This document shows, one piece after another, positions 18,548-27,623 of a stretch of 64,000 bases of DNA. The notes under the pieces are model-generated. The model was not told where the DNA came from. It searched no databases and saw nothing but the letters and a program-made list of their open reading frames with translations. This DNA comes from a bacterium. GTDB lineage: Bacteria; Zhuqueibacterota; Zhuqueibacteria; Zhuqueibacterales; Zhuqueibacteraceae. Every line of letters starts with the position of its first letter. Within the stretch, counting starts at the first letter, position 1. The translations under genes were made by a program, and so were the position numbers. The stretch lies in the NCBI GenBank assembly GCA_022072515.1, contig JAJVHT010000069.1, positions 30,910 through 94,909 on the forward strand. Direction: 5' to 3'.

Positions 18548-19624
18548 TTATTCATCTTCTTCGCTCGGCAGGGAAAATGGCGCAACCCTGCCGGGCGCTT
18601 TTTTTAAATGGGTCCGGCCATCAGAAGAACGGACGATGGAACGAGCCGAAAAATCAATTTTTTCTTTCTGGGTCAGCCGTTGCCAACCCTGCATCATCGG
18701 CCGGACAATCTTCTGTCCACCCAGCAAGCAGTTGATCATCCGGCGCAGATGGCCCGGCCGCGTCAACGGCGATTGCAATATGCCGGGAAACAAACGAATG
18801 GTTTCAAAACACGCCCGCAGCGCCTGAAAAGTTTTCGCGCTGTGATATTGATCTCTCGCCAATCGCCTTTGCTCCCGGGCCGCAAAAATTCGCTCTGCCA
18901 CTTGCCGCTCTTTGCCGTCCAGTTCCTGAACAGCGCGCTGGCGCATCTTCGTCAAAAGCTTGCGCACTTTCTGCTTGGGAGGGCGCCACTGTCCGCTATG
19001 AACACGCCAGAGGCAAACTGTGCCCGGAACCAATATCACCAAACCCCGCCGCGACAACCGCAGCCACAATTCATGATCCTCGCCAAAACTATAAGTCGTG
19101 TTCCAGCCATGCAGCGATTTGATGGCTGCCGTTAGAAACAAACACCGCGAACAAACCGGCGACCAGCCCAACAAAATATCGGGCCAGAGATTGCGCAAAT
19201 AATGCCGCCGCACGAATTTGCTCGACATTTGCGCGCCATGCTCGTCAAATCTCACAATATTTCCGATTGAAGCAATGGCCGACGGATAACGCGCGAAAGC
19301 ATCAACATGGGTTTGCAATCCCGCCGCGGGCAGCAAATCATCGTCATCTAAAAAGAGAATGAACTTGCCTTGTGCAACGTCAAGGCCGGTATTGCGCGCG
19401 GCCGACCGTTCGGCATGTTGCTCGAGCCGAAGAATCTTGACCCGTTTGTCACCAAGCTGTTGCACGTAGGCAAACGTGTCGTCTTCCGACGCATCATCTA
19501 CGACAACCAGCTCCCACTGCACAAACGTTTGCGCCAAAATGCTGTTAATCGCCTCCGCCAGTAAAACACGGCGATTGCGCGTGGGGATAACAATCGAAAT
19601 CACTGGCGCGTCATTCATGCCCAT
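18548..19624 (-). CDS. Glycosyltransferase family 2
   Basis: 358 aa. ISIVIPTRNRRVLLAEAINSILAQTFVQWELVVVDDASEDDT and FLDDDD (DxD). Confidence 0.85.
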   Translation of the reverse strand: MGMNDAPVISIVIPTRNRRVLLAEAINSILAQTFVQWELVVVDDASEDDTFAYVQQLGDKRVKILRLEQHAERSAARNTGLDVAQGKFILFLDDDDLLPAAGLQTHVDAFARYPSAIASIGNIVRFDEHGAQMSSKFVRRHYLRNLWPDILLGWSPVCSRCLFLTAAIKSLHGWNTTYSFGEDHELWLRLSRRGLVILVPGTVCLWRVHSGQWRPPKQKVRKLLTKMRQRAVQELDGKERQVAERIFAAREQRRLARDQYHSAKTFQALRACFETIRLFPGILQSPLTRPGHLRRMINCLLGGQKIVRPMMQGWQRLTQKEKIDFSARSIVRSSDGRTHLKKAPGRVAPFSLPSEEDE

Positions 19625-19703
19625 CCCTTGATTTTGGGTTTCATACCGGTTGCTCCGTTCGTCTCAAAAAACTGCAAAACAGTCCAACGGCTGTATGGGC
19701 ACT

Positions 19704-20753
19704 TTATTCGCCTGGCGATTCGATCGCGTGCCAACGCGCCTGCGGCTGGACATTCGTGTCGGCGCTGCGCGTGTCCGTCTCGTCGTCGCGATTATCCAGG
19801 CGCAACGACGAAAATTCCAGCGACTTTCTGCCGGGCAGACGTTCGATCACCGGCCGGCCGCCGATCAAACATTTAAGCATTGGCGAAACGAGCATCCTGC
19901 GCGTCACCGGCGACAGCAGCACGCCGGGCAGCAAACGCATTGTCTGGAGATAAGCCTGCAGCGCTTTAGCGGTCTCGCCGGCGGCATAGTGTTTTTCGCC
20001 CGCGCGGAAAAACTCGCGCGCCTGCAAAATTTTTTCCGCCGGCGCACGCTGTTTGGCGTCCAGCTTTTTGATGGCGCGCTTGCGAATCTTCGTCATCAAT
20101 TGCCAAAGTTTGCGCGGCCGCCATTGGCCACCGTGCAGGCGATAGTGCAAAACAATATCCGGCAAAAGCACGATTCGGCCCAATTGCGACAACTTGAGCC
20201 ACAACACATGATCTTCGCAAATGTTGTAGTCCGTATCCCAACCGTGCATGGCTTTGATCACTTGCGTGCGAAACAAACTTTGCCCGGAAACCGGAATATG
20301 GCCGAACAGCAAATCCGGCCAGAGATCATACAATTTTCGCCGCCACCCGTAACGAATGGCTTGCCGGCCGCCATTCTCATCAAACATGATGAAGCTGCCG
20401 GCGGTGCCGGGCGCAACCGGATATTTTTGCAACGCTTCCCAATGCGCTTGCAAAGCCGCGGCGGGCAAGAGATCGTCATCATCAAGAAAAAGAACAAATT
20501 CGCCCTTGGCTGCTTCCAGCCCAAAGTTCCGCGCCTGCGTGCGTTCGCGGTGTTCCTCAAACCGAAAAGGGCGAACCTGGGCGTTTTGTAACCCGCGCAA
20601 CCACGACCACGTCTCGTCCGTCGAGGCGTCATCGATAACGAGCAACTCCCAATTCCGATACGTTTGCGCCAAAACGCTCTCGACGGTTTCCTGCAGCAAA
20701 CGCCGCCGGTTATGGGTTGGAATGATGATCGAGATTGTCGGATTGCGGCTCAT
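19704..20753 (-). CDS. Glycosyltransferase family 2
   Basis: ISIIIPTHNRRRLLQETVESVLAQTYRNWELLVIDDASTDET and FLDDDD. Paralog of 18548-19624. The track ORF (to 20882) overlaps the SHMT gene; ATG 20753 (MSRNPTISIII) fits the family N-terminus. Confidence 0.8.
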   Translation of the reverse strand: MSRNPTISIIIPTHNRRRLLQETVESVLAQTYRNWELLVIDDASTDETWSWLRGLQNAQVRPFRFEEHRERTQARNFGLEAAKGEFVLFLDDDDLLPAAALQAHWEALQKYPVAPGTAGSFIMFDENGGRQAIRYGWRRKLYDLWPDLLFGHIPVSGQSLFRTQVIKAMHGWDTDYNICEDHVLWLKLSQLGRIVLLPDIVLHYRLHGGQWRPRKLWQLMTKIRKRAIKKLDAKQRAPAEKILQAREFFRAGEKHYAAGETAKALQAYLQTMRLLPGVLLSPVTRRMLVSPMLKCLIGGRPVIERLPGRKSLEFSSLRLDNRDDETDTRSADTNVQPQARWHAIESPGE

Positions 20754-20845
20754 TTTAAAACGTTGCGATAAAACGTTTGCCGGTGGACGTGTTTTTAGAT
20801 TAGCGGCTATTGAACTTTGCTTGGCGCCATAACGAAGCAACCGTC

Positions 20846-22186
20846 TCACACCGGATAACAGGGGATCGGAAAACGCGAACACAATTTTTTCACATCCGCG
20901 CGCACGGCATTCCGAACAGTCTCGTCGAGTTTATAGTGGCTCTCATCAATCGCTTTTATGGCGGCCAACACCCGGTGCACGAGATCGGCGCAGGTCGCCA
21001 TTTCGCCCGGCCCCATTTCGCGGCGCGCCAAACTGTTGGTGCCGATGCGAATGCCGCTGGTGATCGTCGGCGATTTCTGGTCGCCGGGAATTCTATTTTT
21101 ATTGACGACGATGTGGCAATCTTCGAGCGCGCGTTCGGCGATGATGCCGGTGAGGCCTTTTTGCAGCACATCGATGACGACGAGATGATTATCGGTGCCG
21201 CCGGTGATGACGCGATAGCCGCGCTCGAGAAAACATTGGGCCAGCGCGCGGCCGTCATCCACAATTCTTTTCGCCAATTTTTTAAATTCCGGACGCGCCA
21301 CCATTCCCAGGGCGCGCGCCATCGCCGCAATCGTGTGCAAATGCGGCGCGCCTTGAAAGAAAGGAAAAACCGCTTTCTGCAATTTTTCCGCCAGCGTCAT
21401 TTTGCCGTCCGGCGCCGGGCGATCAAAATCTTTTCCCATCATGATCAAACCGGCGCGCGGCCCGTAAATCTGCTTGTGCGTGCAGGTCGTCGTGAAATGC
21501 GCGTGATTGATCGGGCTGGGATGCTCGCCGGCGACCACGAGTCCGGAAATGTGCGTGATGTCAGCCAAAACATACGCGCCGACTTCATCGGCAATCTCGC
21601 GAAAGCGCTTGAAATCGATGACGCGCGGATATGAGGTGGTGCCGCAGATAAGCAGCTTGGGTTTGTGCTCGTGCGCCAGCCGCTGCACCTGCTCGTAGTC
21701 AATGCTGCCGGACGGATGCAAGCCATAACCAATCGCATTGAAATACTGGCCGGAAACCGAAGCCTTGGAGCCGTGCGTGAGATGGCCGCCGGAACTAAGC
21801 TCCATGCCCAGCAGCGTATCGCCGGCTTTCATCATGCTGCACATCACGATCTGATTGGCCGTGGTCGCGGAGTGCGCTTGCACATTTGCATACTGCGCGC
21901 CGAAAGCGGCTTTGGCGCGATCAATCGCCAGTTGCTCGATCTCATCGATAACGACGCAGCCGGCGTGAAATCTGGCCTGCGGATAGCCCTCGGCGGTCAC
22001 GTTCATCGGTGTCATGCTTTCACAAATCAACACCGACGGATCGACGACGCTCGAAGCCGCGACCATCGTCAGCACCGTGGTTTGGCGCTCGTGTTCGCGA
22101 TCCAATAAACCATAAAGCTGCGGATCATCTTTTCGCAAAGTTTCAATGCCCTGATGCACGAAACTTTCCAACCGGTTATCATTCAT
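20846..22186 (-). CDS. Serine hydroxymethyltransferase-fold PLP enzyme, divergent paralog
   Basis: 446 aa, collinear with GlyA: AEGYP, EQLAIDRAKAAFGAQYANVQAHS, GGHLTHG, and PLP-Lys motif TTCTHKQIYGPRAG. The canonical IASEN motif reads VAASS. Confidence 0.8.
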   Translation of the reverse strand: MNDNRLESFVHQGIETLRKDDPQLYGLLDREHERQTTVLTMVAASSVVDPSVLICESMTPMNVTAEGYPQARFHAGCVVIDEIEQLAIDRAKAAFGAQYANVQAHSATTANQIVMCSMMKAGDTLLGMELSSGGHLTHGSKASVSGQYFNAIGYGLHPSGSIDYEQVQRLAHEHKPKLLICGTTSYPRVIDFKRFREIADEVGAYVLADITHISGLVVAGEHPSPINHAHFTTTCTHKQIYGPRAGLIMMGKDFDRPAPDGKMTLAEKLQKAVFPFFQGAPHLHTIAAMARALGMVARPEFKKLAKRIVDDGRALAQCFLERGYRVITGGTDNHLVVIDVLQKGLTGIIAERALEDCHIVVNKNRIPGDQKSPTITSGIRIGTNSLARREMGPGEMATCADLVHRVLAAIKAIDESHYKLDETVRNAVRADVKKLCSRFPIPCYPV

Positions 22187-22219
22187 CTTATGTTTTTCTC
22201 CCTTGGCTCAGCTATACCA

Positions 22220-24976
22220 TCACGTCACGATTCCAGCTAACGCCGCTTTTTCCGCCAGCATCGCCTCGATTTGTTCATCCGAAAGCTGGTTGATTTGCAT
22301 CAGCGTGCGCGCAATTTCAACGATATCGATTTCTTCTGCCTGGCCGGCGGCGATGAGGCGCGTAGCAAATTGGGCCACTGTCGGCGCTTCCCAAAACTCA
22401 TGCACCGGCAAGATCACCGGAAAAATATCGCGCAATTGCGCCATAATTTTCGTTGCCATTAACGAGTGGCCGCCCAATTCCAAAAAATTGTCCTGCACGC
22501 CGATCGGCGCGAACGCAAAAACGTCGCTCCAAATTTGCGCCACCACTTCTTCCACCGGATGGCGCGGCGCGACAAACGCCGTCGACAATTCCGGCCGCGA
22601 AAAATCTGGCGCCGGCAGCGCCCGGCGATCAATTTTGCCGTTGGGTGAAAGCGGCAGGGCTTCCAGCAAAACAAAAGCCGTTGGCACCATGTATTCGGGC
22701 AAACATTTGTGCAGATACTCGCGCCACGCCGGCACGAGTTCGTGCGCGGCTTGACCATATTTCGAATCCGGGACAATATAGGCCACAAGACGCTTGCCGC
22801 TTCCGACTTGATCGGGCTTTTCATCTTTCGCAACGACCACCGCTTCTTTGACGGCGGGATGCTTGGCCAACGCCGAGATAATTTCACCAAGCTCGATGCG
22901 ATAGCCGCGAATCTTCACTTGAAAATCCATGCGACCGAGCAGCTCGAGATTGCCGTCCCGCACCGCCGGGTGGCGTGCGAGGTCGCCGGTTTTGTACATG
23001 CGGTCGCCGGCAATGCCGCTGAACGGATTGGGAATAAATTTCTCCGCTGTCAACTCCGGGCGATTCCAATAACCGCGGCCCACGCCGATGCCGCCGAGAT
23101 GCAATTCACACGGCACGCCGACTGGAACCGGCTGCAGATATTTATCCAACACGTAAGCGAGCTGATTCGCCATCGGCACGCCGTAAGGAATACTTTTCCA
23201 TGCCGACGAGGCGTCCACGATATCGTAAATAGTGGAATCCATCGACACTTCGGTCGCACCGCCCATGCTGACCACGTGCACGCCGGGAATCAAACTTTTG
23301 AGGCGATCCGGCAAACTCACCGGAATCCAATCCCCGCCGAGCAAAGCTAGGCGCAACAAGCGTGGCGTGAGGCCGGGATGATCGCTGCAATGATTCACCA
23401 GCATCTCGAGCAGCGCCGGCACCGAATGCCAAACCGTGATGTCGTGATGCACCATTAACTCCGCCCAACGGCCCGGCTCCAAAATGGCGGGGGCTGCAAC
23501 GATGACGATCGTGCCGCCGGTCAGCAGCGTGCCGAAAATATCGTACGCCGACATGTCGAAACTCAGCGAAGCCAAGCCGAGCAGGCGATCATTGGCGCCA
23601 ATCGCGTAGCGCCGGTTGAAATCACAAAAATTGCTGACGCGGCCACGATGGTTGAGCACGGCGCCCTTGGGACGGCCGGTCGAGCCCGAGGTGTAAATCA
23701 CATAGGCGAGATGCGCGGGCGTGACGCTGCTGTGCGGATTCACGGCGCTTTCCGGCGCGATCGTTTCTGCAATTTGATCCAGGCAGATTAATTTAAAATT
23801 CGCCGTGGCAAAATTTAAATTTGCACGCAACGAGGTTTCCGTCAACAAAACCTGCACCTGCGTATCTTCCAGCATAAACGCCAATCGTGATGCCGGATAT
23901 GAAGGATCCAACGGCACGTAAGCGCCGCCGGCTTTGAGTATGCCATAGAGGCCGATCACCATTTCGAGCGAACGGTTCATGTAAACCCCGACAAGCGTAT
24001 CCGGCCCCACGCCCAACTTTTGTAAATAATGCGCCAGTTTATTGGCGCGGCGATTCAACTCACCGTAAGTGAGTTGCGCGTCTGCGAAAACGACGGCAAT
24101 CTTATCCGGCAAACTCTCCGCTTGCGCCTCAAAGAGATGATGCAGACATGCATCAGAGGGAAACGGCGCCTCCGTCGCATTCCACTTTCTCACAATCTGC
24201 TGCCATTCTTCATCCGGCAAAATCTGCAGCAAGGCGATTCGCGTGTCCGGATTGGCAACCGCGCCGTGCAGCAAGGCCTGGTAGTGCCCGGCCATGCGTG
24301 TGATCGTCGCAGCGTCAAACAAATCGGCGTTGTAAGTGATGACGCCTTCGCAGCCTTGCGGGCCGTCAACTATTGCGAAGTCCACCTCGAACTTGGCGAG
24401 TTCATCATTCGCTGGCGTCCCATCGGCGCCAGTGTAATCAGTTACGCCATTTTTAAAAGCAAAGGCCGATTGAAAAAGACGGCTCGGGTCACGCTGCGGG
24501 TAAAGCTCGTGGGCCAGTTGCGCCAACGGCAGCGCTGCGTGCGCTCGTGCTGCGTGTAAGATTCCGCGCACGCGGTTGAGCAACTCGCGAAAGGTCGGAT
24601 TGCCGCTTAGATCCACGCGCAACGGCAGTGTATTCGCGATCGTCGCGGCCGTAACCAGGTCATTTTGGCCCGAGTAACGCTGCAATAAAATTTGATAGGC
24701 GGCAAACAAGCCTTCAAAAAGGGTGGCGGCTTCCTCGCCACACAACCGGAGTAGTCCTTCCCTCGCGATGGGAGAAAGCGCGAACCGCTGGCTTTCACGC
24801 CGGTAAGTTGGCACGGCGGGACGGGCGCGGTCCGTGGGCAGTTCCAACGCCGGCGGGTTTTCACCCAACTGCTTTTTCCAGTAAGCGCGCGAGGTATGCA
24901 ACGCTTCACCTTGCAACCAATTTTCCGGCACCGCCGCCTGCTTTTCAGCTGGGGGTCTCATGTTGCGCGTGCTCAT
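22220..24976 (-). CDS. Non-ribosomal peptide synthetase module: remnant C domain - A - T (PCP)
   Basis: 918 aa. The N-terminal ~255 aa match only the C-terminal half of a condensation domain (YWKKQLGENPPALELPTDRARP onward; no HHxxxDG). A domain: LTYGELNRRANKLA, AYVIYTSGSTGRPKGA, SLSFDMSAYDIFG, SMGGATE, ELHLGGIGVGRGYWNRPELTAEKF, YKTGDLAR, GRMDFQVKIRGYRIELGEI, NGKIDRRAL. PCP: FLELGGHSLMATKIM. Confidence 0.9.
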   Translation of the reverse strand: MSTRNMRPPAEKQAAVPENWLQGEALHTSRAYWKKQLGENPPALELPTDRARPAVPTYRRESQRFALSPIAREGLLRLCGEEAATLFEGLFAAYQILLQRYSGQNDLVTAATIANTLPLRVDLSGNPTFRELLNRVRGILHAARAHAALPLAQLAHELYPQRDPSRLFQSAFAFKNGVTDYTGADGTPANDELAKFEVDFAIVDGPQGCEGVITYNADLFDAATITRMAGHYQALLHGAVANPDTRIALLQILPDEEWQQIVRKWNATEAPFPSDACLHHLFEAQAESLPDKIAVVFADAQLTYGELNRRANKLAHYLQKLGVGPDTLVGVYMNRSLEMVIGLYGILKAGGAYVPLDPSYPASRLAFMLEDTQVQVLLTETSLRANLNFATANFKLICLDQIAETIAPESAVNPHSSVTPAHLAYVIYTSGSTGRPKGAVLNHRGRVSNFCDFNRRYAIGANDRLLGLASLSFDMSAYDIFGTLLTGGTIVIVAAPAILEPGRWAELMVHHDITVWHSVPALLEMLVNHCSDHPGLTPRLLRLALLGGDWIPVSLPDRLKSLIPGVHVVSMGGATEVSMDSTIYDIVDASSAWKSIPYGVPMANQLAYVLDKYLQPVPVGVPCELHLGGIGVGRGYWNRPELTAEKFIPNPFSGIAGDRMYKTGDLARHPAVRDGNLELLGRMDFQVKIRGYRIELGEIISALAKHPAVKEAVVVAKDEKPDQVGSGKRLVAYIVPDSKYGQAAHELVPAWREYLHKCLPEYMVPTAFVLLEALPLSPNGKIDRRALPAPDFSRPELSTAFVAPRHPVEEVVAQIWSDVFAFAPIGVQDNFLELGGHSLMATKIMAQLRDIFPVILPVHEFWEAPTVAQFATRLIAAGQAEEIDIVEIARTLMQINQLSDEQIEAMLAEKAALAGIVT

Positions 24977-25668
24977 ATCAATTCATAACCAAAAAACTTA
25001 AGAACGTCTTCATGCTCTTGGAGAACCGCGTTGATGCGATCGATATCCGTTCGCCGCAAACGGCCGATTTTTTCATGATTAAAATTTTGAATCGTTTCGT
25101 CGCTTGCATGCGCGGCAAAGGATTGCGTGATGTCAATATCCTGCAAGGCCGGCATAAAGTTCAGAATCTGTTTTTTAATTTGCGGGGTTTGTTCGGTAAA
25201 GCGTTCATATGTAAAATGCGTCAGCTTTTTTAAGCCTGTAATATTTTTGATTTGATAGGCCGCGTGCGCAATCCATTTGCCTGCAGAAATTTGAACATCG
25301 TGATCGAGCCGCCGGCGGTGGCTTTCACAAAAGGCATACGGATTTCTGATCATCGCCACAAAAGCCGCCGGCTGAAAAACTTTTTCGATCTCAAAAGCGC
25401 GCGCGATGTTCGGCGGACTTTTTTCCAGCAAAATCGGCTTATGCAAATCCCAATGCTTTTCCCAGGTCGCTTTAATCTGAAGCCACGGCAGACGCTTCCC
25501 GGGATTCCACGGCTCGGTGCGCATGAATTCTCTCACGCCCTCCAGCGCCTGGCCCTCATACGGCAGCGACGACACGGCCGGCGAAGTGCCAAGCAATTTC
25601 CACAGGACCGTCGATCCGGAAAAAGGCGGGCAGAGAACAAATAAATATTCATGCGCCATAACTGCCAT
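24973..25668 (-). CDS. Sulfotransferase
   Basis: LCPPFSGSTVLWKLL is a PSB-type loop; AMIRNPYAFCES is the 3-prime PB motif. ATGA overlap with the NRPS start. The track start 25734 is TTG and would run through the 25714-25753 hairpin. ATGs at 25668 and 25659 are more plausible. Confidence 0.65.
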   Translation of the reverse strand: MAVMAHEYLFVLCPPFSGSTVLWKLLGTSPAVSSLPYEGQALEGVREFMRTEPWNPGKRLPWLQIKATWEKHWDLHKPILLEKSPPNIARAFEIEKVFQPAAFVAMIRNPYAFCESHRRRLDHDVQISAGKWIAHAAYQIKNITGLKKLTHFTYERFTEQTPQIKKQILNFMPALQDIDITQSFAAHASDETIQNFNHEKIGRLRRTDIDRINAVLQEHEDVLKFFGYELI

Positions 25669-25700
25669 CCAAAGCGGGTAATGTCGAAATACTATAAATC

Positions 25701-25753
25701 GTAAAAAGTCGTGCGTAAAACGTAACACGCGCAAAGACGTGTTACGTTTTACG
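25701..25753 (-). terminator. Perfect 15-bp inverted repeat hairpin (possible intrinsic terminator or attenuator after the protease gene)
   Basis: cgtaaaacgtaacac (25714-25728), a 10-nt loop, then gtgttacgttttacg (25739-25753). On the minus strand the stem is followed, after 6 nt, by TTTTT. It starts 15 nt downstream of the protease stop. Confidence 0.45.
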
Positions 25754-25768
25754 TGTTGCCTGTTTTCC

Positions 25769-27610
25769 TTATTTCATCAGCACGAGACGGCGAACCTGCC
25801 GCACGGCGCCGACTTCCAGGACGGTGAAGTAAACCCCGCTCGGCAAATGGCCCGCTTCAAAACGCGCCAAATGATGGCCGGCGGCGCGGCGCTGATTCAC
25901 CAGCGTCGCCACTTCGGCGCCGACGAGATTGTACACTTTCAACGTCACAAAAGCTTCTTCCGGCAGACTAAAAGCAATCGTCGTGCTCGGATTAAACGGG
26001 TTCGGATAATTGGGATACAAGGCAATCTCTTGGGGAACGCCTGCTGTCGCCGATTCGGCGGCAACCGGCTTTTGCGCCCGGCTCGTCGCTGAGCAAACTT
26101 CAAATTCGGCAAGGCGCAGATGGCCGTTATTGAAAACCGTCGCCTGCAGCATGATATACCGTTCCGTGCGCGTCGTGGGCAAATTGATTGTCTCGGTGCC
26201 GCCGGCGCCGGTCGTCGTGCTGAACACGGTTACAAACGAATTGCCATTGGTCGAATTAGAGACACGGATCGAATAACTTTTGGCGTAGCGTGTCGGGTCG
26301 CTGCTGCTCCATTTCAAAGTCACCTGATTGTAGCTCTTCCCGGTTCCCAAATCAATGCGGATTGATTGGGGCGCCGAATTTTTGTTTCGCCAATATGTGC
26401 TCGTATTGCCGTCAACGGCCTTGGGGGCGTTGGTGCTGCTGTTAAAATTGCTGGTCGCCGTCGCCGGCCGGCCTTGCGCGATGTTGGTGCAACCGCCGCC
26501 CCCACCGCCGTCGCAAGTCGGCCCATTCAGCGCATTCCAAAATGCGGTGTTAAAGGTGCTTGTGCCGCTGTTGTTGCCGCCCCCTGTGGAGCAGCCGCCA
26601 TGCGTGTGAACACCGACGGCATTGCCGGTGGCCTCGTCAATGACCGGGCTGCCGGAGTTGCCGCCCTCAGTGTCAACCTGATAGCGCATAGTGGTTCCGG
26701 AGGAGCCCGCGTTGGGGCCGGCGTGAGTCTGCTGGGTTTGGTTGCGCGCCGGGTCGTTGAAATCAACACCGAAGCCGGTAATGCGGATGGTCGGCGGACC
26801 AAGATTCTGCACGACATTAAAAGACGCGCCCTGCGCAGCGATCGGCTGCAGACCGGTTACCGAGTTATTGAACACGCAAAAGCGGCCCCAATCATTGCCG
26901 ATACCGCCGTTGACAAATTGCCAACTGCCGGGATCAATCGAATATTGATCCTGCGGACCGGGATTGTTGAGCGTGCCGTCGGAATTGGAAGGCGGCACAT
27001 TAAATTGCAAAACCAGATTGCTGCCGCCCGAACAATGCCCGGCGGTGACATGCAAGCCGTTGGCAATAATCCATCCGGTGCAGCCAATATTCAAAATACG
27101 GCCCGAAGCCGGATGATTGGAAGGAACGCGATCATCCGCTGATCCGCACTGGGACGCCGGCAGGGCGACGCCGCCAACCCATTCACCGACTTCAAGCGCT
27201 TTGAGTTGAAAGAAAATTCCCTCGTCATCCGGGCCGACGTAAAGGTGCACATCGACGGCATCGCCATTGAAATACGCGCTGGAATTTTGCCATTGCGCCA
27301 ACTTGGCGGCATTGAGGTCTTGCCGGGCGCCGTCTTTGCGCGAGATGAGCGCCAGATAGCTGTTGGCGCCGAGATGGACTTGGCCAAAATACACTCGCAG
27401 CCATGGCGCTCCGGCAACTTCGACGCGGCGGCTTTCTGCTAAAAAGGTTCTGGCGCCGTCACCTCTTTCGCCTTGATGTTCTGCGGACTTCCAGGAATAG
27501 GCCTCTTGGTGAAACGGAATCTCGGCGGTTTGCGCCGCGACCAGCGCGGGCCAAACCATTCCGACCACCATGCCAAGCAGCCCGAGACGTTGTAGCAGTG
27601 ATCTTTTCAT
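25769..27610 (-). CDS. Secreted trypsin-like (Glu-specific/V8-like) serine protease with discoidin (F5/8 type C) domain and T9SS C-terminal sorting domain
   Basis: ATG 27610 is preceded by AAGGAGG and gives signal peptide MKRSLLQRLGLLGMVVGMVWPALVAAQ. Catalytic motifs are HVTAGHC (His) and EGGNSGSPV (Ser). A discoidin-like block runs NIAQGRPATATS...STYWRN...LAEFEV. The C-terminus (YPNYPNPFNPSTTIAFSLPEEAFVTLKVYNLVGAEV...GVYF) is typical of a T9SS CTD. Confidence 0.85.
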   Translation of the reverse strand: MKRSLLQRLGLLGMVVGMVWPALVAAQTAEIPFHQEAYSWKSAEHQGERGDGARTFLAESRRVEVAGAPWLRVYFGQVHLGANSYLALISRKDGARQDLNAAKLAQWQNSSAYFNGDAVDVHLYVGPDDEGIFFQLKALEVGEWVGGVALPASQCGSADDRVPSNHPASGRILNIGCTGWIIANGLHVTAGHCSGGSNLVLQFNVPPSNSDGTLNNPGPQDQYSIDPGSWQFVNGGIGNDWGRFCVFNNSVTGLQPIAAQGASFNVVQNLGPPTIRITGFGVDFNDPARNQTQQTHAGPNAGSSGTTMRYQVDTEGGNSGSPVIDEATGNAVGVHTHGGCSTGGGNNSGTSTFNTAFWNALNGPTCDGGGGGGCTNIAQGRPATATSNFNSSTNAPKAVDGNTSTYWRNKNSAPQSIRIDLGTGKSYNQVTLKWSSSDPTRYAKSYSIRVSNSTNGNSFVTVFSTTTGAGGTETINLPTTRTERYIMLQATVFNNGHLRLAEFEVCSATSRAQKPVAAESATAGVPQEIALYPNYPNPFNPSTTIAFSLPEEAFVTLKVYNLVGAEVATLVNQRRAAGHHLARFEAGHLPSGVYFTVLEVGAVRQVRRLVLMK

Positions 27611-27623
27611 ACCACATTCCTCC

